Below are positions 26,658 through 32,000 of a DNA stretch of 32,000 bases, piece after piece. Origin of the DNA: Acholeplasma laidlawii PG-8A (lineage in GTDB: Bacteria; Bacillota_I; Bacilli_A; Acholeplasmatales; Acholeplasmataceae); assembly GCF_000018785.1 (NCBI RefSeq), contig NC_010163.1, positions 900,001 to 932,000 of the forward strand, in the 5' to 3' direction. Both the position numbers and the translations under genes were made by a program. Numbering within the stretch: position 1 is the stretch's first letter; every line of letters begins with the position of its first letter. Below the pieces are notes generated by a model. It was given only the letters and a program-made list of their open reading frames with translations. It had not been told where the DNA came from and did no database searches.

Positions 26658-27601
26658 GCCAACCTCCTTAGTAATAGTAATTCAAAACCTAATTTTTCAT
26701 CTTTTATACCACTTTTAATTTCTACATCTAGTTTAGCTAATCCATGAATAAGAGTCTCTAAATCTTTTTTACTTTGTAACTTTGCTTCTTTCATGAGGTG
26801 ATATGCTCTACCACTAGATACACCTAATTGTTCAGCTAGTGTTTTTTGATTTAAGCCTTGTTCCATTAAATCTTTAGTTTGCATTATTAAGTGCATCGTA
26901 TTAAATAAATGATTAAAGATTGTGATTGTAGGCATTTTATTTGTGACTAAATCATCATAAATTTGCATATAAGACTTAATATTACCTTTTAAGTATGCAG
27001 TAGAAAAAGAAAAAATATTGTCTTCTAGGTTTCTAGTCACTAAAAGATCTACATCTTCTACAAAAACAATTTTTTCATCATATGCATACATTTTAATTTT
27101 ACTAATTTCTTGGTGAATACTAAAAAGATCATTTTGTGTACGTTCAATAATAAGTTGTATACTCTTATCTTCTATTTGATATCCTTCCTTATGAAATGAC
27201 TCTCTAATATAAGAAATTAGGGTTTCACCTTCTAAGGATTGTATTGTTTCAATAAATGTATACTTTTCAAGATAACTACCTAAATTATGATCCTTTGGTA
27301 GTTCTGTAATTGTTAAGATTAAAACAATATCACTACTTGGTGATTCTAAATATTTGTAGAAAGTAGATAGCACCTTGTCATCATATCTTGTTAAACCATC
27401 TAAGTGTTCAATGACAACCATTTTTAAATCACTAAAAAAAGAAACGGTTTGAAGTTCTTGATTAATGACTTCAATTTCAGTTTCTAATGCATCTAATTTA
27501 ACAATGTTAAACTGGTCAAGTTTAAATTTATCTTGATATGTTTTTATCTGTTCATTTATTAAAAAAGCTGATTGACCAACTAATAAATATGTGGATTCCA
27601 T
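26654..27601 (-). CDS. holA: DNA polymerase III delta subunit
   Basis: 315 aa. The N-terminus is delta-like (YLLVGQSAFLINEQI...FN...TVSFFSD.KMVVIE). The position directly downstream of comEC and convergent with rpsT matches Bacillus yqeN/holA. Confidence 0.85.
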   Translation of the reverse strand: MESTYLLVGQSAFLINEQIKTYQDKFKLDQFNIVKLDALETEIEVINQELQTVSFFSDLKMVVIEHLDGLTRYDDKVLSTFYKYLESPSSDIVLILTITELPKDHNLGSYLEKYTFIETIQSLEGETLISYIRESFHKEGYQIEDKSIQLIIERTQNDLFSIHQEISKIKMYAYDEKIVFVEDVDLLVTRNLEDNIFSFSTAYLKGNIKSYMQIYDDLVTNKMPTITIFNHLFNTMHLIMQTKDLMEQGLNQKTLAEQLGVSSGRAYHLMKEAKLQSKKDLETLIHGLAKLDVEIKSGIKDEKLGFELLLLRRLA

Positions 27602-27665
27602 AGATTACCTCACTTACATCATATTATACAATTTTTTGGTAGTTTTTGAAACTCTAAACGGAAAA

Positions 27666-29666
27666 TTAAGGTGGAAAGTTTATTAAATTTTTCTTTTTAA
27701 TTATTAAACTTCCAGAATCTTTAGTTTGATGTAAGTAAAGCCCATAATCTCTATAGATTTGAATAATTTCATTGTTCGGTAAATTATATACGTTTCGCTT
27801 ACTTACACTTACTACTGCAATCGAAGGATCGACATGATACAAGAAATCCATTGAACTTGAGGTATTAGAACCGTGATGAGGTACTTTTAAAACATCACTT
27901 TTTAAGAATCTACCATACATATGTACTAAATCTTTTTCTGTTTGAATACCAATATCACCTGCAAACAAATAATTTAAGCCATCAACATGTATCTTAAAGA
28001 CCACCGAATTATCATTTATATTTAGATAGTCTTTTGTAGGACCTAATAACTTGATACCTAATGAATTAGGAAGTTTAAGCTTACCTTCACGAACACGGTA
28101 TATATTGGGGTGTTTCACCGGATAATCCATATAACCACTTACTACGATAGTTTTTATATTAAAGTTTAATAGTAAGTCATCGACTTCCTTCATATGATCA
28201 AAATCAGCATGCGTAATAATTAAGTAATCTATCGTATATACATAATGATATTTCAAATAGCTTGTAACATTAGCAAATGCATCGACGACTATCACTTGAT
28301 TATCTTTAAATATAACAGCACTATCACCTTGACCTACATCCAGAAAAATAACACTATCTTCAAGCGGTTTAAACGTGAGTAGAAAAGAGATAACCACTAT
28401 ACCCAAAAGAACTGAAAAACGTCTATAAAAGGCTCTTTTGTGTGGTGCAGCACATAAAAATAAGATGAACCCAAAATAAATAATCCACATAATGCCAGAA
28501 AGTTGCATAAGATAGAAACGCACATCGTAGATAGCAATAAACGCCTCCAATTTTTGAATAAATAAGGCTATGCTATCTATGAGTGAAATAAAGGGTAATA
28601 TTGACCCAATAATTAAACTAGGTACCCATACATATTTAATGAGTAAACTCATAATCGGAATAAAAAATAAACTGATGATACTAATTTCTTTTTGCCATAA
28701 AAGTAGAAAAGGTGCTATCAAAAAAGGTATGATGTAGCCCATACGTTTTTTTGCAACACTTGAACTAAGTGCGATATAAAAAACGAATACATACACTACA
28801 ATAAAGGTATGATTATAGATGATATAAGGGTTAAATATGAGTATCATCAAACAGGTTATTACTTCTATATTAAAATTATCCATATCTAAATTATGTTGAT
28901 TATTTAAGTACTTAATGGTGTACTTAATACACATCCTTAAGATAATCACACTAAAACCGATGAGATAAGATATACCCATAAGTAATGCTGTTATAAGGTA
29001 TTTTGACGTATCCTTGATATCCAGATAATAAAATAGTTTAAAGATCAAGGTGATTAGAAAAGCAAGATGGATGGATGATAGTTTAAACAGGTGTGACATA
29101 TACTGTGTTTCAATGAGTGCATCATCATAAAATAAATCAAGAATGGGGATTGGTTTTAACATGAAACTTCTAAAAGGGGAAGGTGATTTTAGGCTTATCG
29201 TATCCATTCTTATGATACCCTTAATCCCCTTACCCAGTTGATACCTAAAACTGTTAAAACCGCCAGGTACTGTTTGTTTTCTATAGTTTTCAGTCTTTCC
29301 TTTAATGAATATGATATCACCAAATTCATACTTCACCTGGCTACTAAAGTGATATGAGTTTAATCCAGATGTAACTGTATACTGATAATAGTTTTCCTTA
29401 TTTTCAACGTGACTTATAATAAAGTCTTGACTCACATCTTTTTCTTTTGGTTGAAGTGTAAAAAAACCTAGTAAATAGATTAAAGCTATAGATATCAAAA
29501 TCACCCAAGATATATGTTTTCTAATCTGATATATATAAAATAAAAGTACAATAACTAAATAAGGATAATGTATCGTAAGTATTAAAATAACGAGTAAAAT
29601 CAGATATACATATGCATACTTAAATAAAGAAGTAAACTTTAATTTTATCAAACGTCTGTACTCCAA
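27666..29666 (-). CDS. comEC: DNA internalisation competence protein ComEC/Rec2 (competence domain plus metallo-beta-lactamase domain)
   Basis: A multi-TM central region is followed by the C-terminal MBL motifs LDVGQGDS, ITHADFDHMKEV and VPHHGS. The start is uncertain. TTG 29666 (ORF track) overlaps comEA by 47 nt and has poor SD spacing. TTG 29651 has GGAG 9 nt upstream. There is no in-frame ATG nearby. Confidence 0.88.
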   Translation of the reverse strand: MEYRRLIKLKFTSLFKYAYVYLILLVILILTIHYPYLVIVLLFYIYQIRKHISWVILISIALIYLLGFFTLQPKEKDVSQDFIISHVENKENYYQYTVTSGLNSYHFSSQVKYEFGDIIFIKGKTENYRKQTVPGGFNSFRYQLGKGIKGIIRMDTISLKSPSPFRSFMLKPIPILDLFYDDALIETQYMSHLFKLSSIHLAFLITLIFKLFYYLDIKDTSKYLITALLMGISYLIGFSVIILRMCIKYTIKYLNNQHNLDMDNFNIEVITCLMILIFNPYIIYNHTFIVVYVFVFYIALSSSVAKKRMGYIIPFLIAPFLLLWQKEISIISLFFIPIMSLLIKYVWVPSLIIGSILPFISLIDSIALFIQKLEAFIAIYDVRFYLMQLSGIMWIIYFGFILFLCAAPHKRAFYRRFSVLLGIVVISFLLTFKPLEDSVIFLDVGQGDSAVIFKDNQVIVVDAFANVTSYLKYHYVYTIDYLIITHADFDHMKEVDDLLLNFNIKTIVVSGYMDYPVKHPNIYRVREGKLKLPNSLGIKLLGPTKDYLNINDNSVVFKIHVDGLNYLFAGDIGIQTEKDLVHMYGRFLKSDVLKVPHHGSNTSSSMDFLYHVDPSIAVVSVSKRNVYNLPNNEIIQIYRDYGLYLHQTKDSGSLIIKKKNLINFPP

Positions 29667-30117
29667 TACCCTTTACATTAAGTAGTTCTTCTACAGTTTT
29701 AAAATTACCATTTTCTTTTTTATAAAGTAGTATTTCAAGTGCCCTATTTTCGGTAATAGAAGGTATTAAAATGAGATCACTATAAGTAGCCGTATTTAAA
29801 TTAATCCTTTTAATGATTTCTTCTTCAATGAGCTGATAGTGCGGAATATGATATGAAGCATTTGTTATAATACTACCTAATTGGATATTAGATATATCTG
29901 CATGTTCTTTAAGACCGCCAGATAGATCAATTAAATAAGCTAAGGTCATACCTCTAATAATCTGATATGTACCAGGCTTTTTAACAGCACCGGTAATGTC
30001 TACTTGAATCATATCTGGTTCATGTTTAAAATAAGGTAAATCTTTACTATCAGGCTTAAACACCATCCACATGAATATAAGTAAAAAGGCTATTGCCCAT
30101 ATGACATTTTTCTTCAT
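29620..30117 (-). CDS. comEA: Competence protein ComEA (membrane anchor, SLBB domain, helix-hairpin-helix DNA-binding domain)
   Basis: N-terminal TM helix (IWAIAFLLIFMWMVF), an SLBB-like segment (VDITGAVKKPGTYQI) and a C-terminal HhH motif (INLNTATYSDLILIPSITENRALEILLYKKENGNFKTVEELLNVKGIG). SD GGAGG. Confidence 0.9.
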   Translation of the reverse strand: MKKNVIWAIAFLLIFMWMVFKPDSKDLPYFKHEPDMIQVDITGAVKKPGTYQIIRGMTLAYLIDLSGGLKEHADISNIQLGSIITNASYHIPHYQLIEEEIIKRINLNTATYSDLILIPSITENRALEILLYKKENGNFKTVEELLNVKGIGVQTFDKIKVYFFI

Positions 30118-30162
30118 AAAAAAACCTCCTTCAACTATATAGTATAGCTAATGGAGGTTTTT
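30118..30162 (-). terminator. Terminator-like hairpin between rsfS and comEA whose 3' arm contains the comEA Shine-Dalgarno
   Basis: On the - strand: AAAAACCTCC (complement of 30153-30162), a 23-nt loop, GGAGGTTTTT (complement of 30120-30129), then TT and the comEA ATG at 30117. 10-bp stem. Confidence 0.55.
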
Positions 30163-30180
30163 GACTTTTATTTATATAGA

Positions 30181-30495
30181 TTATATTTTCTTTTTTAATT
30201 CCATGAAGCGTTTGTCAAATCCGTAAAATTCTCTATCTTTTTCACCAAACAAGTGAACTACGATATCTCCAAGGTCAATTAATAACCAACCTGTTTGTCC
30301 TTTACCTTCTACTTGTTTAATACTTGATTTTAAAGTTTCGTTAAAATAACCGACTGCACTTTGGGATGCACGTTCATTGACTGTAGCGACTACAAAATAG
30401 TCATAAAATGGACTCTTTTCTAAGAATTCATATACTGTAATGTCTTGTGCGTTAATTTTTTCTAATATTTCTATGGTTTGTTGTAATAGTTGCAA
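30181..30495 (-). CDS. rsfS: Ribosomal silencing factor RsfS (Iojap family)
   Basis: YDYFVVATVNERASQSA...GWLLIDLGDIVVHLF...REFY is the RsfS signature. TTG start with SD AGGAG 8 nt upstream. Confidence 0.9.
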   Translation of the reverse strand: MQLLQQTIEILEKINAQDITVYEFLEKSPFYDYFVVATVNERASQSAVGYFNETLKSSIKQVEGKGQTGWLLIDLGDIVVHLFGEKDREFYGFDKRFMELKKKI

Positions 30496-30498
30496 AAT

Positions 30499-31050
30499 CT
30501 ATTCTCCTATACTTTTTATTATTTCTAATATGTCTTTTTTATTTGTAACGTATCCTAATTCAGGATTTGTTACTAAATCATTTAAATATACTTTAATGGT
30601 TTCATCTAAACTTTCAAGTGATAACTTCCTTAAAACGTGAACCAGTGGATAATCTCTTGTTGGTTCAATTTTATCAGCAATCAGTATAATTTTATCCAAT
30701 ATTGTCATACCTACTCTACCATATACATGATATTTTATGGCATTTAAGATCATTTCATCTTGTACGTTGTAGGTATTTTTTAAAATTGCTGCTGCACTTA
30801 GTGCATGATACATCACAGGTACATCTTTATAAGTTTTAATTTCATTTATGTCTAATACAGATGTTTGAGTACTTATGTCATCATACTTCGTGTAATCATG
30901 AAAGATTGCTGCGATATAGGCTTGATTAGAATCAACCCCATACCTTAACGAAAGACTTACAGCAGTTTTTACAACACCTAGGATATGTTCATATCGTTTG
31001 GGATTGTCTTTATACTTTAGCCTGACATCTTCTGTTATTTTATCGATCAT
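30499..31050 (-). CDS. yqeK: HD-domain bis(5'-nucleosyl)-tetraphosphatase YqeK
   Basis: HD motif H...IFHDYTK plus LIADKIEPTR. It lies between yqeH and rsfS, as in the Bacillus yqe operon. ATGA overlap with yqeH. Confidence 0.85.
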   Translation of the reverse strand: MIDKITEDVRLKYKDNPKRYEHILGVVKTAVSLSLRYGVDSNQAYIAAIFHDYTKYDDISTQTSVLDINEIKTYKDVPVMYHALSAAAILKNTYNVQDEMILNAIKYHVYGRVGMTILDKIILIADKIEPTRDYPLVHVLRKLSLESLDETIKVYLNDLVTNPELGYVTNKKDILEIIKSIGE

Positions 31051-32000
31051 TTGAAGAAACTTTCTGCAAGTGTAATATGTAATTTTGGATGTGTTGATAT
31101 TTGGATAGTAACAGGTCCTAGGATATGAACAATTCCAAAATCTGCAAGTGTGAATTGATATTTTTTGTCTTCAACTAGTTTGTAATCTTTTGTCACATAA
31201 TTATCAAATTTAAGTTTAAAGATATTTTCAGTTTTTAAAATATTTTCTACATTATCTGAACTTGTTATATGGTGTTTCACATAATCAGATACATATAAGG
31301 TAGATTTTGTTTCACCTTTAAGAACACTAATATTTACTAAACCACCAATCATGAGTGATTGTCCGCTTTTAAGCGTACCATTTCTCGGATTAAACTGCTT
31401 TTGTGGAAGTAAATCTTTATAATCTTTATATTCAAAGAATTCATGTAGGTATCCACCTTGGTATAAACCAGGTGTATCATAGATATTTAAATTATCAAAT
31501 TTAGCATGTAACATGGTTTGAGTTAAAGCAGCCTTTGGTAAACTTAGTGCTTCTTTATTACCCGTTAATGCCTTAAATATAGTTGTTTTACCACTGTTTT
31601 GTAGGCCAATTAAATAGATATTCGGTACGTTAAATGATTTAAGGTATCCTTTTAAATGATCGATATCATATGGGTTTAGCGCACTCATTAAAACGATATC
31701 TTCATAACTCACTCTATTTAATCTAAAACTTTTTTGAATTTTTCCTAATAAAAAATTCTTAGAAGTTGCATCGGGTAATAGGTCAATCTGGTTAATTAAG
31801 TAGACAACCTTGTAGTTATCTCCTAGACGTTTAACCTCAGAGTTTAACATACTGTCTAAATAAAGTAGAGATGTGACTACAACAATTAAAGATTTCTTTT
31901 CAAAATTAGGCAAATTATCTGGATGACTATGACCTTCTGCTTTTCCATAATGCATCAGTTGGTAACAACTTTTACAAAAGATGTGGTCATGATTTGGAAT
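31047..32000 (-). CDS. yqeH: Circularly permuted ribosome-biogenesis GTPase YqeH; 5'-partial, continuing beyond the window end
   Basis: Permuted G-domain order: G4 NQID, G1 GLQNSGKTT, G3 DTPG. The frame stays open from the ORF-track ATG (31955) to nt 32000 and encodes ...IPNHDHIFCKSCYQLMHYGK. That is the second CxxC of the YqeH N-terminal zinc finger, so the real start lies outside the window. Confidence 0.88.
   Translation of the reverse strand: MPNHDHIFCKSCYQLMHYGKAEGHSHPDNLPNFEKKSLIVVVTSLLYLDSMLNSEVKRLGDNYKVVYLINQIDLLPDATSKNFLLGKIQKSFRLNRVSYEDIVLMSALNPYDIDHLKGYLKSFNVPNIYLIGLQNSGKTTIFKALTGNKEALSLPKAALTQTMLHAKFDNLNIYDTPGLYQGGYLHEFFEYKDYKDLLPQKQFNPRNGTLKSGQSLMIGGLVNISVLKGETKSTLYVSDYVKHHITSSDNVENILKTENIFKLKFDNYVTKDYKLVEDKKYQFTLADFGIVHILGPVTIQISTHPKLHITLAESFFK

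Noticed and set aside
422-30640. Other short antisense or overlapping ORFs in the track (422..631, 2331..2519, 2348..2545, 4334..4603, 5130..5312, 5261..5449, 8861..9046, 11702..11920, 15572..15769, 17191..17409, 20816..21004, 26122..26304, 26201..26413, 30440..30640)
   Set aside because: Each is nested opposite a confidently identified gene. They are 60-90 aa, lack an SD and have unnatural composition (F/I/N/Y/C-rich). I treat them as shadow ORFs.
1-32000. Searched for CRISPR arrays, tRNA/rRNA genes, IS elements, integrases, phage genes and DnaA-box clusters
   Set aside because: I found no direct-repeat arrays, no tRNA-like T-arm (GGTTCGAAT-type) sequences in intergenic regions, no transposase- or integrase-like ORFs, and no TTATCCACA clusters. 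Intergenic space is fully accounted for by promoters and terminators.
1-32000. Possibility of a Mycoplasma-type genetic code (TGA = Trp), given the AT richness
   Set aside because: All conserved proteins are full length under the standard code. TGA terminates aroK, mutL, holA and yqeH exactly at ATGA overlaps. The one Trp codon checked on the DNA (the second codon of the ORF-track cmk frame, GTG-TGG at 7199-7194) is TGG. Translation table 11 fits.

Overview
This is an AT-rich, gene-dense core-chromosome segment: 30 CDS, 27 of them on the minus strand, with no rRNA, tRNA, CRISPR, transposase, integrase or phage genes that I can see. The standard genetic code applies. All long ORFs are uninterrupted, and TGA closes aroK, mutL, holA and yqeH. 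That fits a low-G+C Firmicutes-derived lineage such as Acholeplasma or Erysipelotrichia rather than Mycoplasma, but this organism guess is inference only. The window reads as four Bacillus-type syntenic blocks in compacted form. (i) hup, gpsA, der, rpsA, cmk, plus rluB. (ii) efp, aroQ, aroK, miaA, mutL, mutS. (iii) ymdB, rny ... recA, pgsA. (iv) rpsT, holA, comEC, comEA, rsfS, yqeK, yqeH. Lineage-specific material sits in the variable slots of that backbone. A 632-aa membrane-anchored orphan with three HeH/Rho_N-like motifs lies directly upstream of mutS. A BmrCD-like heterodimeric ABC exporter and a 213-aa orphan lie between recA and rny. A convergent CPBP-protease/ankyrin-repeat pair sits at the left edge, and a DEDDh exonuclease is translationally coupled to holA. 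Three housekeeping genes carry unusual features visible in the sequence: an RluB-family protein without the catalytic Asp (GRLD reads HKLE), an EF-P with Arg instead of Lys at the modified loop tip, and a terminator hairpin whose 3' arm is the comEA Shine-Dalgarno. I see no canonical defence, toxin or mobile island. The best candidate for something undescribed is the HeH-motif membrane protein leading the mutS-mutL operon, and its function is purely hypothetical. All similarity statements rest on motif recognition from memory; no searches were run.
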